Positions 1 through 13,900 of a stretch of DNA of 64,000 nt are shown here, one piece after another. A program made the translations under genes and the position numbers. How positions within the stretch are numbered: position 1 is the stretch's first letter; every line of letters begins with the position of its first letter. Source of the stretch: Trichinella spiralis (lineage: Eukaryota); contig NW_003526944.1 of NCBI RefSeq assembly GCF_000181795.1, positions 553,383 through 617,382 on the forward strand, written 5' to 3'. The notes under the pieces are model-generated. The model saw nothing but the letters and a program-made list of their open reading frames with translations. It was not told where the DNA came from and did not search any database.

Positions 1-469
1 CAAGTACATAGTAAACTGATTTCAATATGATTTTGTGATTATATTAATATTATGATTGTAGGGTTGCATTGGCATTTGCAGCACGTCAACTTAATCTCAA
101 CACAGGCATTAACATTTCGTTCGTTTTTGTTAAATTTCAATAACTTTGAAAATGGAATACTATTTTGGAAAGGTGGTTTTCAGATGTACAGCGATATGTA
201 ATACATTGGTTGGAAAGAGTAAGCTAAAAGTTATTTCAGTTTCTATATCACTCATTTTTAGATATCTTCAAATTTTATGTTGATTAACGTAACGTGTCTA
301 TTCTCTTCATTTGTACATGATAAGTAAGTAATGCTATCATTTATATTGTCTGCGTACTATGCATAGGAATTCACAACATTTTAATGGTTTTCATTGTATC
401 AGGTTAACGGATTTTCATAATTTGAGTAAAATCAATTTGCATACTAATGAAATTTCAAATAATATAAGC

Positions 470-790
470 TGTGTAAATAACGTAATAACTTTTGTCGTTC
501 TATACACTTTCAGTGTTCATTATACTTAAAGCACTACGCTACTTATGATGGAAAATTAGGTTATTTTACCTGACCTTGCTTATTTGCATAATTTACTTCG
601 TTCCATCCTATTTCAGAGTGCTGCGTTCACCTTTAGTTGCTCGATTTATTGCCATGTCAGCGGTGATGCACATGGTCAACTCTAATGTTTCTTTCCAACG
701 TTATATATGTTTAAACAACTGCTGTGTTTATTATAAATAAGCGGTACGTTACATTTGACATAGTGTGGCTGTTGTATGCATGTCATTAGC
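470..790 (+). pseudogene. Decayed membrane-protein-like exon, copy A of a local paralog family
   Basis: AAATTAG acceptor at 553-559, then a frame reading LFYLTLLICIIYFVPSYFRVLRSPLVARFIAMSA, a stop, and a GCG|GTACGT donor. Aligns by eye, inverted, to 5488-5790. Confidence 0.4.
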
Positions 791-1639
791 ATGACTTTAC
801 ATTTATGGTGTATGGAATGTATTGGTTATTTTAATTGGAATTGCTGTTCTTAACTTTCAGATACAAATATCGGTTACTGAAGCTATAGAAGTATAAATTT
901 CTGCTTTTTACTTTGATATAACTATATTAATATAATTTGTTTTCAGGATTCTATTTGAAGATGTACGGTACAAGGGCGTCATGAACCAAATCAGAAATGA
1001 ACATCAATTCTAGCGCTGATTGTCATATTCCAGTCTCATGGTCAGTCGCTCAGATTTTATGCTTGTCGCCTTACAGCAGATTAAAAAGATGCCACTGTAG
1101 CGGAAGCGAAAATGTCGACAATGAAAAATGAAAATGAAAAAATTGAAGACGGTCGATCACGTCGTTGGTTCCCCCCAGTCCATCTGACTCCAGCGTTTTC
1201 CAGTCGTAGCAATCTGACAGTTTCCTCAATTGCATCCTGAACGTCCACGGGCGTTCTGCCAGCTCAACCGCCATTTACAATGCAGCGGTACAGAGTTCAA
1301 GATCGAACAAGTCCATTGAAAGCTGGCGTGAATGGGCCACGCTGGCAAATCTTCCACATCAACTTAGGCCACTTCGATGGCCAGGGACGGATTCTTTGCA
1401 CACGGATGAACACTTCTGCGTGTAGATGAAATGGGAAAGCGAAGTAGACAACCAACGGTCAGAATTCGACTTTTAGTTGAATGCCTTTGCCGGCAACAGA
1501 AGATCACGGCGGCTGAGTGCAGGTAGAAAAGCTTTTGGAATTACCGCTGCAACGTTGCCTCGACTTGCCAGCATTATCCCACCACAACCAGCTGAGGGAA
1601 GTCTGACAGGAAGCGAGTCAGTCGAAACGGCGCAGGGGA

Positions 1640-2400
1640 ACGACAGTGGTAAAGGTAAGTAATTTTACACTGTAGCTTTAGGGACGACGAAGAAAGACCA
1701 GAAGTCAAATTCGTCGTTCGTGGATTGCAGCCGCAACGTTGCATTGATTGGCCAGTTTGAGAGTTGGTCAGGCTGTCAGGCAAGTATCAGACGCCTGACA
1801 GCTACCGGCGACAGTGGAAAAGTTAAACTTTCAGGGACGAAGAAGATCAGGAGCCGAATTCATCGCCGTCTATCGTGGATTGCGTCCGTAACATCGCACC
1901 CATAAGGCAGCCGTAACCAGTCCCCCAAGAGTGTGGTAAGGGATCCTTGTAGTTGTCAGACGTTGAAGCAGATGAAAAGGTAAGCACTTCTAGAGATGTG
2001 GAATTTACATCATGGCAGTCTATCGCCGTTGGGATGTGGCCGTGCTATAGGGAGGAGAATGGACACCTATCTTAAAGGTAAGTAGATTGCGCCCATTCCT
2101 TTAACAGGGTACCTGATAGGCGTTACAGGTGGTGGTTCCTGGATTAGTATAAATGTGTAAAGTATGAAGGTAAGCTTCAGACCGTACGCTGTAACGCCTA
2201 ATGTAATAACTTCGTGTTTAGGGAGATTACTTTGAACCAGAGTAAAGGAGTTGCATTATAGCACTTCAGAAATGCTGCAGATGGCTGTTGCTTGTCCGTG
2301 GATTGCTGACACAACGGTAAACCATTTTCAGGGACGAAGATCGAAGGGATTTCTCGTCAGGGCGTAGAAATAGGCGGAGGGAAGGTACGTTTCTTGGATG
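1640..2400 (+). repeat. Degenerate internal repeat modules in a GC-richer block
   Basis: CGACAGTGG-AAAG..(T/C)AGGGACGA..GA....CGTGGATTGC occurs at ~1641-1728 and ~1810-1883, with partial motifs at ~2298-2340. Several AAGGTA(A/C)G donor-like sites; no long ORF. Confidence 0.4.
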
Positions 2401-2455
2401 CGTTTAACTTATTTCCATGGTTATTATTTTGATCCTGAATAAAGCTATTGCATAA

Positions 2456-2832
2456 TTGCCCTCAGGAAAGATTTATGCAAATTTTTAATCCCCTGGGGGT
2501 AATATGCAAATTTTTATATGCCCTAAGGCTACGCCTCAGGCTATGCCTCAGGCAATTTTTCGAAAATTTCGAAAATTTTAAAATATAGCCCCAGGCTTTG
2601 CCCTCAGGCTATGCCCCAGGGCAAATAAAAATTTGCATATTCCCTCAGGCTATGCCTCAGGCAAATTTTTGCACTATATTTGCCCTCAGGGAAGGATTAT
2701 GCAAATTTTTAATATCCTGGAGGTAATATGCAAATTTTTAAATGCACTAAGGCTATGCCTCTGGTAATTTTTGGAAAATTTGGATTTTTTGTAAAATTTA
2801 GCCCCATGGTATGCTAAAAATATTTGCATATT
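2456..2832. repeat. ~225-bp tandem repeat with GCCTCAGGCTAT sub-repeats and internal inverted AATATGCAAATTTTT/AAAAATTTGCATATT
   Basis: Unit start TTGCCCTCAGG..A.G.TTATGCAAATTTTTAAT at ~2456 and ~2680; multiple (T)ATGCCTCAGG copies. Confidence 0.75.
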
Positions 2833-2863
2833 ACATTTCATTGTCGCGGTGTAACCCATAAGG

Positions 2864-2944
2864 TAGAGCCGTAATGGGCAGCATACCAAACTGAGTTTAT
2901 ATCCTGCTTGATCTTAGTTTGATATGCTGCCCATTACGGCTCTA
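2864..2944. repeat. 81-nt inverted repeat (32-bp arms, 2 mismatches, 17-nt loop)
   Basis: TAGAGCCGTAATGGGCAGCATACCAAACTGAG (2864-2895) versus the reverse complement of 2913-2944, TAGAGCCGTAATGGGCAGCATATCAAACTAAG. Confidence 0.9.
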
Positions 2945-3308
2945 AGCAAATAAGTTTCCAAATAATTAACTTACTTGGTTCGACGAAACTTACCTGTGCA
3001 GATCCAGTCAATACCCTATAAATGGAGTTTATGCATTCTAAGTCTGAATTAAACCAATCCAAAGAACTTACGTGAAACCAATGAGCTTCTGTTTGAGGAT
3101 TGAACACACTAGCAAACGATTGGAACAGCTAGGGGCGATCTACAACACCCAAAACGCAATCTTAATCACTCTTTGCATATGCAAACAACTAATGCTACAA
3201 GTAAATACACTTACCTAGTGCATTTCCAGTGCAGTTTATGCATTCTAAATTCATCTGCATATTATGCATCCAAAATGCATCTAAAGATATTGCCTGAAAC
3301 CATTGACG

Positions 3309-4428
3309 ACAGAACTTTCCTACAGAACGATTTGAACCGCTGGAAGCGATCTACAGCACCTGAAATCAGACAACTTTATGAATCAGACATTTGCGTATAA
3401 AAATAAATGCTGAAAGTAAAAAAAGTAATATTCAAAATTAAAATAGTATAAATAAAATCACAATGCGAACAACAATTCAACACATACCATTTGTAATACG
3501 ACTTTAAAACGCACTGATGCTACTACCTACAATGGAACTACAACGGTGGCAAGATACCGACTCTATTCCATTGTGATCAAAAACAATATGAACAACTTCC
3601 ATTATCAGAAAGCAGCATCACCGACTTTATATTTTTTAATTGCGTTGACGTATCTGCATTGTAACATATAGTTGCGCTACAATGATACAAAACAATATTA
3701 AATTATTGCTTACTATTCGTGATCAGCAGCGAAACCACACTGAGAAGGCGGGGTACGGCATTATGCCAGCTTTAACAAACGCGCGGTGCATCACCAGGTG
3801 GGATTTTGTATATCCTTGATGATGAGGATGTAATCCATTGCTATTATGAATAAAATATGCACTTACAGAACCTCCCTACAGAACGATTTGAACAGCTGGA
3901 AGCGATCTACAACACCTGAAATCAGACAACCTTATGAATCAGACATTTGCGCATGGAAATAATAAATGCTGAAAGTAAAAAACGTAATATTCAAAATTAA
4001 AAATGTATAAATAAAATCACAATGCGAACAACAATTCAACACATACCATTTGTAATACGACTTTAAAACGCACTGATGCTACTACCTACAATGGAACTAC
4101 AACGGTGGCAAGATACCGACTCTATTCCATTGTGATCAAAAACAATATGAACAACTTCCATTATCAGAAAGCAGCATCACCAACGACTTTATATTTTTTA
4201 ATTACGTTGACGTATCTGCTTTGTAACATATAGTTGCGCTACAATGATACAAAACAATATTAAATTATTGCTTACTATTCGTGATCAGCAGCAAAACCAC
4301 ACTGAGAAGGCGGGGTACGGCATTATGCCAGCTTTAACAAACGCGCGGTGCATCCCCAGGTGGAATTTTGTATTTCTTTGACGGTGAGGATGTAATCTAT
4401 TGCTATTATGAATAAAATATGCACTTAC
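3309..4428. repeat. Recent tandem duplication, ~556-bp unit (3309-3864 and 3865-4428)
   Basis: Near-identical copies starting ACAGAAC..CCTACAGAACGATTTGAAC and ending AATAAAATATGCACTTAC. A more diverged partial copy lies at ~3113-3150. Confidence 0.93.
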
Positions 4429-5487
4429 TGAACTCTGTCTGTGATGCCACATTTGGAAAGTACTGATGCCAAATGAACAATAATTGCTTCTTGCTGAACA
4501 AACCCACACTGAGATTGCAAAGGAACTCTATCAGAACCACTTCGATTGTTATAATGAGCACTAACTTGTTTCTGTAACGCCACACTTGGAATGTATTGAT
4601 GACAACTTAACCTACCGACGATGGCCAAAGCGATAAGGATCAAAAACTGTTCGATAGCGCTCATGTAATCAATCGATCACCGGAACCACCACCTTGACAA
4701 GACGCAGCGGTCCCCTAAATTGTTCGACTGTTTTCAAGTACTTTACTGTTATTATAAACGATATCTAATAGATTCTTACTCTGTGATCGACAAAATCACA
4801 ACGGGATTGTTAGGATACTTGATACGGTGCACTGTGGATGCATCGACAACAAAATAAACTAAGAAAAAGGTTGAATAAATCAAGGAAAAACATTACTTTA
4901 CGAAATAAATGAAATTTGAAAATTATTTCGATGCACTGTTATTCGTCTTCAATCACTTTTTATAATATGGCAGTATCTCAGTTTCATTACACTTTATAGA
5001 TTCATTTCACAAGAAATTGTCACAAAGTTATAAACACAGCAGGAACATCATTGCCTTACTTACTTGTTGTTCTGCATATATGAAGGAAAAGTGACCGGTC
5101 AGATGATGAAATATAAAATTCAAAATGGTTGCATTTCTAGAAAATAATATCAAATAATATTTCTATTGTATTTCAATTTGTTATTCACTCACACATATGC
5201 ATAATATTTAAAAAGCAGAACTGGAAAGAAAAAAAAACATTTCGAGATTATAACGATGCATGGCTTACATCAGCAATTACCATTTAGAACCTACCGGTAC
5301 CATATTGATTGATGTGGATATGAAATGTTGTACATTCTAAAACTAAATTAGATTTCAATTTCAAAATATCTGAAAATCAAAAAAGCAATATTTGTTCACA
5401 TTCGACATCTGATGAGTATCTAAAAGTTAGCAATAGTAATTTTAATACGGATGCCCATCAGTTTCCATTCATTATATTTTCAAAGTC

Positions 5488-5790
5488 ATGCAAATGACGT
5501 GCATAGTGTACCCGCATCACAATACCGAATGTAACTTACCGCGTAATCATAGATGGCATAAAAGAGCAGAATTATCGTTGACCACGTAACGTGTGCTGAC
5601 ATTGCATTGAACAGAGCAACTGAATACGAACAAAGTACTCTGAAATGGTGCGCAGTAATACGTAAATTATGCAAATAATCAAAACCACTATGCCTCAGGT
5701 AGAACAACCTAATTTACGATCAGTAATAGCGCGCGTCATAAATATAGTGAACAAACATATTAAACGATGGCTGTTATTACGTATTCACAT
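5488..5790 (-). pseudogene. Decayed membrane-protein-like exon, copy B
   Basis: Minus-strand AAATTAG acceptor and GCG|GTAAGT donor. Peptides LFYL / IVVLIICIIYVLL / FRVLCSYSVALFNAMSA fall in different frames (frameshifts). Homologous to 470-790. Confidence 0.4.
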
Positions 5791-7579
5791 ACGTACTGAA
5801 CATTATGCAAAATTTTAGTAGTATGTAAATTGAGTAAATTTTAGTAGCATGTATAAAAATACGCTGACCTGCGGCATTGCGAATTACGAATAATCACTTC
5901 AAATACAATTGAATCTGTTTGAAAGCATGATGTGATACAATACATTTAAAAAATAGAATGAATGATGCTTTTGTTACAACAATCAAATTTCGTGATATAA
6001 TAAATAGCTTTTACGAAATGAAGTGTAAGAAACGTAATAATATTGAAGTTATACATTTCAAAATTTATAACTAATTTAAATAAAATTAGCAAAATTTTTG
6101 GTAAACCACAGAACAAGAATTTTGTGCAGTGTCAATTACAAAATGAAGCGTGCAGATTCAATGAGCTGAAAATGTTCATTTTCTACATCAAGCTGTAACA
6201 GATAAAAGAAATTACAGTGACAATGAATAAATGACTAAAAGAAATGCACAAATGGAAATGACAAAACAAACAATTATTCAAGAAACCATCATTTTCAAAA
6301 GAATGAAGCTTTTTAGTAAGTAACTAAGGAAGAATAACTCGTTTAATAGAATTAGAAATTACCTTGTAAAAAATAATTAAAAAATCAATTTACATACACT
6401 GCAAAATTCCAATATTACACAAAGCAGATATAGACCTTATGCATGAGAATGTACAACCAATCGATAACCATTGTAAAGAATTGTAGGATACAGATTTAGT
6501 TATTATGACTGATCGCTCACCAGAAAACTGAAAATAGAGATAGGAATTTTCAGCACATGAGCAAGAACTGTGTAGTTCTGGGAAGGCTTCAGAGTGCATG
6601 GATGGGCGTCATTCATCGTGTGGGACAAGGGGAGGGGGAAGGATATAGAAAATAAGGAAATATGGAATTGCAGGATGGAAACGGTGAAGGTAGTTCGAAA
6701 GTGAATCACTTTCTTTCACTTAACCTTCACGCTTAACAATCAGGCATTGTCTTTAACGTATCAGTATTTTCTGGATACCGGGTGATAAAACTAATTACTT
6801 AATAATGGGAAACAAGTACATATAAATCGACAGTACATTATAATTCATAATAGAGTTTTCAGGATTCATTTTCGAGCAAGACAGGAAGGTTAATCAGGGC
6901 CATTCTGACAGTTTGAAAGGTCGAAAATATAAATGTAAGTAGGTATAAAGGTAAATGAATACTCTCTCGCTCACAACAGCTTACTTATATATACCAAGCA
7001 GAAACAATTCTGTGCACAATCAGTGCCAAGGATCAGCAGATACCTCCTCAGCATTTCATCAACACAACAGACATTTGAATTAGACAAGAATTAGCCAGCT
7101 ATACTGGGATAGGAACTATCATTACAGAGAGCAATTGCGTTCGTCAGTACTATCCTAAATAAATATGTTATTGCTCATGAATCTGTGGATTTATGGAGAT
7201 TCCCTACAGTTAAACTGTGTTTCCGCGACGCTACTCAAAATACCTTGAAAATAACAGAATAGTAGGCTGATGAGCCTGAAGATCAGCTGCAATCGCTTCT
7301 CTTTCTCTCTATACATATATACATATAGTCACCATGAAAAAGATGCAACAATTTAAAATTGAATGAACCAAATGTTTCACCAATCATGTATTTAATAAAA
7401 TGCAGTTCTTGAAACGTTATTAAAAATAAAAAGTTTTTAGTGAATTGGCAAAACTTAAAATTGAAGTACTATCAGAGTTGAAAAAAGTGGCCATGTTTAA
7501 TGCATTTTGTATGCTGAGAAGCAGAAAAAAAGCATAGTAAGAAAAAACCAACAAAGATACTTCAAAACTTCATACCTGA

Positions 7580-7970
7580 CCGCTCTCATGTTGGTGATGA
7601 AGTATGATACAAACGTAGAGTCGTGGAATTTTCCATTTTCTTGATGCCCCTGATCAGATCGCATTTTCAGTATAATATTGACCAAGGTTATGAAGTTGAA
7701 TGGAAGCATGAATAATAAGCAGATTATCCGGCGCAGTAGTTCGACCGCTTTTCTTCAACGAATAACTAACTGTGTATAATGATCGTTGAAGAATAAGCAC
7801 ACCTTGATTGCACAAGAAATTGCTTCAGGATTTGAATGGCACGAAATGCGTTCGTTCAGCAGAAAGAATGACGTCGGCAGCGATAACACTGAAAATTAAA
7901 TTACTACAGCGCTAAGTAAATTATGCAAATTGAAAGTATCATACCTTACGTAGAATACTAACCTAATTTC
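7580..7970 (-). pseudogene. Decayed membrane-protein-like exon, copy C
   Basis: Same AAATTAG|GTT start and ICIIY codons (MILSICIIYLAL*), followed later by hydrophobic IICLLFMLPFNFITLVNIIL. Confidence 0.3.
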
Positions 7971-10923
7971 CAATTCGTAATAACGTGTAAATTGGATGAA
8001 GTGATTCGTATAGTTGCTGATTGTAATGTCTTTTCATTTATGTTTCATATAACAGCATTAAAAATCGTAACAATAAAAATAACAGCAAAAACCAAAACAA
8101 CAACGGCAAGAATAATAATAATTATTATTATTATTAGCATTATTTATATACAGCTTTATTTGATTTGAATAATATAGAATTTTTGAAAATATTTTGAATG
8201 CTTGCTTTCAAGAAAACAACTGAATTACCATTGAAACTTACCAAAAATATTTTTCCAGTACAGCTGATAATATCTTAATCTTCATTTATACTATTTGTGA
8301 AACGTTCTGGACTGACAAAAATATAGATGAAAGATAAATAGGCGTTTTATGAAATGAAAAATTTCATTGTTATCAATAGTAGAGAAGTAGTAATAAATCC
8401 ATTATGCTGCAAACTGTCGCGTGTTATATTATTATATATATTGGCTGTTTGTTATGAGTTTAAAAGAAAAAATATGAGACGAGTGAGTGTCAACAATGGA
8501 TAAATAAAGCAGGCTACCTTGCATCAGATGATGATGAATACAGTGTGAAGGAATTCCTTCCCGTTCATCGTCAGCTGGATGAGAAGCAAGCATGCTCTTC
8601 ACAGCTGTAGCACTAGACTTGGAAGGTCGGTTTGCTTTTCTTGCACATGTATATATTTTTTATCCTCATTGTGGAATATCTAAATAAGAACGTTTAGGAA
8701 ATTTGAATGAATTCCGAACACATACACAGTGTTCTGTAGTATTTCATGTTTATTTTTATAAATTTTAGAGTGAACAGGTATTTTCAGTTAAGATTTTAAA
8801 TTATTATCATCAGATTGGAGAAAATCTAACTTACAACAATGCGGCTTTGTCGTCACCGAGATTCATCTTTTGCTCCAAAAAATGTTGGAGAATTTTCAGC
8901 AAGTAAATATGCATGATAAATGAGCGATTTGTCCGCCTGGTCCTCAAGTTGAAAATGCCCATCTGCATGTCCGAATCATTATCATTATCATTATTATGGT
9001 GTAAAGTGACTGAAAATTTAATATCTATTGTGTTGGTGTAAAATTCTCTAAAAAGAACAGAATTGAATCATTTCATTTATTTATTGTATGCAAATGCTGA
9101 TTTTGTAAAGATAACTTTGATTTCCATAACATATGCACAAATCGTGAAAATTTCCATCACAAATTATCAATACTTTGGTTATTTTTTGAATCCATTTGTG
9201 TGAGATAAATTTGCATTTTGCCTATGTTTAGAGTGCATTGAATGAATTGAAGCAGAAAGATTTAAATTTTCTTTCGTATTCCACATCTTTTTAGTCATTT
9301 TTTTCTGCATCTCAATCATCATTGAATCACGTTATCAATAAGACAATAAGAAAAAATGAATTCCAGCAACTGATATAAAAGACAACAGATAATTTGGATT
9401 GAAATTGAAAGAGAGAATTCATTCGCAATTCGCCTAGCGACTGATTTCTGCTTCTGTTGCTCAATTCAATCAACAAATCACTTGATCATTATATATTTGC
9501 TTTTGATAATCTGATCAGGGTTGTAAATTTTTGTCCATTATTCGATTATTACTGAACATGTTCTGTTCTACAGTAGGATATGCAAGTGGTACTTACTTTC
9601 GGATAGATGAAAAATTGTGCTCGGCGATAGCTGACTCTGTTCCAACAACCGTAACCGTAACCGTATGCCTATCATCTTTTTGATAATCTTCTTCAACATC
9701 ATATGCAACGATTGTTCTTCGGCCGAACTTGATGGCTGAGTGCAACAAATGCCACCACTAAATTCACTTTTTCCTCTTCTGTGCAAAACGTACTTACTTA
9801 CCATACCGTACGTTGAACTGAATTCGACTGATTGAAAATTATTTCTTTCGACATTACAATATCCAATTAAAAAAATGAATAAACAAATTTGAATTATTTC
9901 CATTTTCTGAATTCATAATGCTCTACTTTACTTGTTAGAAAAATTATTTTAATAATAAAATAGAGCGAAAATAAATAAAAATTGGTCTGAATACTACTGA
10001 TAGATTGAAAATGTGAAAAACAATAAGTCTAATAAGCTGACCACCGGCATTGCTGTTATCACAAAGAGCTTGAATTGAAATTTCATCATTGAACAGTATT
10101 CAAATTCATCATGTGGAAATTCACTGATATGAATGAAAATTTCAATTTCACAATGACCTGTCACTGTGGAAAATATACTTTTTCAAATGACGTCATTTGA
10201 ATTATCAACCGCCACCAAGATGAATTGTGATCAATCAATCAATTTTGACGCGCAAATTGTTGTACAAAAGTTGCATACAGTTCCAACTGTGACGAAAACA
10301 AATTCAAAAACAGGTTCATAATCTGCAAAAATTTACAAATAACAAATTGCCAAATTTTACAAACGATAAATTGTTGAACAGTAAATGAATTTGAAATGTC
10401 GAAATTATTTGCTACAAAAATTGCCTGAAATAAATGAAAATAAAGTTCAAACAACAAGTGAAGTGTAACGTCGTCAAGCGAATCATTTACAAAAATTTAT
10501 GTGGCAATTATTTTAATGCAAATCAACAAGCAACAACTCATTGTTGAAACATTTTCAAAAAAGTAACTGCTTTTAATAAGTGAAATATAAAATTAAGTTC
10601 ACAATTCAGTATAAACATACGTTTAGTTCATTTTCGCCCTGAAACACAGCAACTACATCAAAAAGCGTCAAAAAACATATTCACAACCTTTATAAATGGC
10701 AGCCTCAGTTTAGTTTTTTTGTTTCTGTTACTTTCTTCAAAATAATTTAAAGAGAAAAAACAACAGACTGCCGTTAAAAAATTGGCAAACATGATAATAA
10801 TAATAATAATAATAAAGGCAAGAGATATGGATAGAGATTGAAAATCTTGAGAGTCGAACAACAATCAACGACAATATTTGATATTAAAATTACAAGAAAA
10901 AAAACAAATCATTCCTTGTTCAT

Positions 10924-13900
10924 TCATTTACTTTCGTTTGAAAAGCTGAACACTTCCAGAGCTTCAATTTCAAAATCTTTTTCGGGTACTAAAGGCGGAT
11001 TATCGAAAGTGTCGCAGTGATTTGTTGTACCTCTTTCCAGTGTTTGCCTTATGCTCAAGCCTTCATTGCCCCTGTATAAAGAAGCAAAACAACAATTAAA
11101 TTATTAATTGACAATTCCCACACACTGTCCCACACAATACTACAGTAAATAAAAACAATTATATATGAAAAATGAAAATTTTTTTGCTTTTCAAAATTAC
11201 CCTCCTCCAATAATCAACGAAGTTGCTGTGGCACATTGGAACAATTCTTCACCGTGCTTTTGTACAGGACGTTTCAAGCCAACCCATGGAAAAACGTTCG
11301 GCGTAGGAGTGAAATAGAATAAAAAAGATTCCCCAGTGCCAAAGTAGCTCAACTGGGAAAGCTTTTTGCGCATCTCCCAAGCTTCGGAACAATACGCACC
11401 AATAATCTAAGAAAAAAAAACAAAGATTATATTATCATCAGAAATTTGAAGCAACTGGCCAAATGTACCACCTGTTTCCAAGTTGTCTGAATTAAAATTA
11501 CAGTAGGATAGAAATTTTCAATTTTCGTCCATAATCTGGTAAAACTCCTGCCATCTTCGCTGGCGGAAAACAGCTTTTGCGGTGTGACTAGATGATAACG
11601 AGTAGGAATCCAAGAGATCAACAATGAGATCTGAAATTGTTTGAAAAAAAAGCCAAAAAATGAAATGCAAATATGAACTTATACAACTACGACATACTAG
11701 GTGGCTTTCTAAAATCTGCGATGCCATGGTGACGCTGAAATAGTGGTGCTGAGCAAGCAGATTTTTCAAATTCTGCGTCGACGCCACCTCCGCCAGTGAA
11801 ATATCCCGCGTACGAAGTTTCATTTCATTCTCTTCTTGCACTCGTCGAATGTAAGACATTTTCACGTTTCGCAAATTGAATGCCACCTTTTCAAAAAAAA
11901 AAATTTTTTTTTAATTAGCATAAAAATGTTTAACAAAATTGAATACCTTGAGCAATTTTTTTGGTGTTGCTTTGATCGATTTGCAAAAGTCGCTAATGTT
12001 GCTGGCCAGATAGTTGGCGGACCAGCCGGATTTTTCGTGCACTTCTTTCACTGAAAAAAACACCACAACAACCGAATCATATAACAAAAATTGACAAAAA
12101 TGTGAGCTAAATTCAAACAGAGTGAAAAACCTCGCTCTTTGTACCACATTACCAAAATGGCCACCGCGGATCGATAGAGCACTTTTTGCCCTTCAAACAG
12201 AAAGCAGTCGACAATTCTAACCTGCAAGAGTAGAGAAAAAGAACAGAATTAATTACACATCATCATCATCATCACTGATGGATGAAAAGAAGAATATTAC
12301 AAGGTGAGAAAAGGGCAAGTCGCAGAAAATCCATCGATTCCACTGCGAAAAAGCGGAGATCACTTCAGCATCCGAAGCAGGGCCAACTAACTTTGCCATC
12401 AATGCATAAACTTTATGCTAAAATTTTTCATCAAAAAAAATTTTCAAATAAAAAAAAGTCTTTTGTTTTTTACAGCATGTTTCTTCAATAATATGAGCAG
12501 AGTTCGTTTCGAAGCAGAGACGGATATGTCCGTCTGAATGAGGAACTTTTGACTCTGAGAAAAAAGCTTCATCATGCAAGCGAAGGCTTCTTCATCTGAC
12601 ATGTAATGCAAAAACAAAGCGCACAACGGATACAGTATCTATAAATTAAAAAAAAATCAACATCACGTGTAGAAAAAAATTATCCCAACTCATCAAATAC
12701 TGGAATATAAGTGAAGTCCGGTCGAACATGCTCGACTGCGGTCAGTAATTGTATCAAAGCTTTGTGGCCTTGTTCATTCAACTGATAATCACAAAGCAGC
12801 ACACCCGGTGCGGTCAAGAATACGGGACTAACGCTTATTTCTTAAATCAGAAAAGGGAGAAGATTTTAACCAAAAAAAGAACAGAAAAAAAACAATGCAA
12901 AATACCACAAAATCGAGTTTAATTTTTGAAGTAAATTTTAAAACTAACTTCCAAAATTGTTAACATCACTCACTGCCTTTGAAAGCCGCAACAATGTCGT
13001 GGTAGACCAAAGCTTGGGCGTCTACATTATTGTCGTGACAAATTTCTTTCCACAGTTCAGCTCGTATCCGGTGACCACTGCTCCAATGATTGGATCGTAA
13101 AAATTTTTTTATCTGAAACAATGAAAACAATTTCCAGTGAACTTTAAGAAAAGAAATGATGAACAAAAATTCAAGTTCAAAAATACTCAGGCATACTGTA
13201 AAATGTAAAAAGTATCAAGATCAATTGTGTTAATAAAATGAGGCGAACAACCCAAAAACGGCCACCCATATACATGTATACCTGTGGATTGTTGTTCTGC
13301 TTGAGCAGGTCGCGAAGTTCCAAAAGTGTCCCCAGCCTTGGATCACTACGTTCCGGTGATTCAATCTGAACGTCGGCAAACTGGGAAAAAGTTCCACCAG
13401 CACATACAGCACGTACTGCGGATGTTTTCCTCGTCACCGTGGAAATTGGCTTCACGGTCGCCGGACCGGCGGCATCGAAAGCATCATTATCATGGATTAT
13501 TTCAAGTTGTGCAATTTTCCGTCGGTCATCTTGTTCGTGGTCACTTGCTCGTCGTTGACCATTGTGCTCGGTGGACGCCGCTTCCGAGTGGACGTCGTTC
13601 GTGGTCGAGTGATCGTCGGTCGGATCCGACTCTCCGCAACTGTCCACTTTATCGCCGATCACAATACCACCTTCGGATATACAGTTGTCCAGTTGGAATT
13701 GTTCAACACTGCGCCAAGTGATCGACACGGTCTGCTGTTGTGGATTTGCATTGTTGAACAACTCGTACAGTGTAGCTTTGGCCGCAGTGGACGCGCTCAA
13801 CGCCATATCGCTCATAATGACCATCACTTGGTCATCAGTTACCGGCGCGGCCTGAATGAAAAATCAGGACCCACTTTGAAACACAAAATTCAATGAATTG

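Noticed and set aside
1071..2400. Retrotransposon gag/pol remnant
   Set aside because: No RT, integrase, protease or zinc-knuckle motif recognised; only degenerate repeats are supportable.
2456..2832. CRISPR-like array
   Set aside because: Eukaryotic context, no unique spacers, no cas genes.
582..7930. ATGCAAAT octamer (POU) sites as an enhancer or snRNA-promoter cluster
   Set aside because: They are explained by paralogous ICII codons and by the tandem repeat; no snRNA body was seen.
8518..9903. Multi-exon secreted protein gene on the minus strand
   Set aside because: It has a hydrophobic start and scattered splice-like sites, but the implied introns are too short, frames contain stops and there is no recognisable homology.
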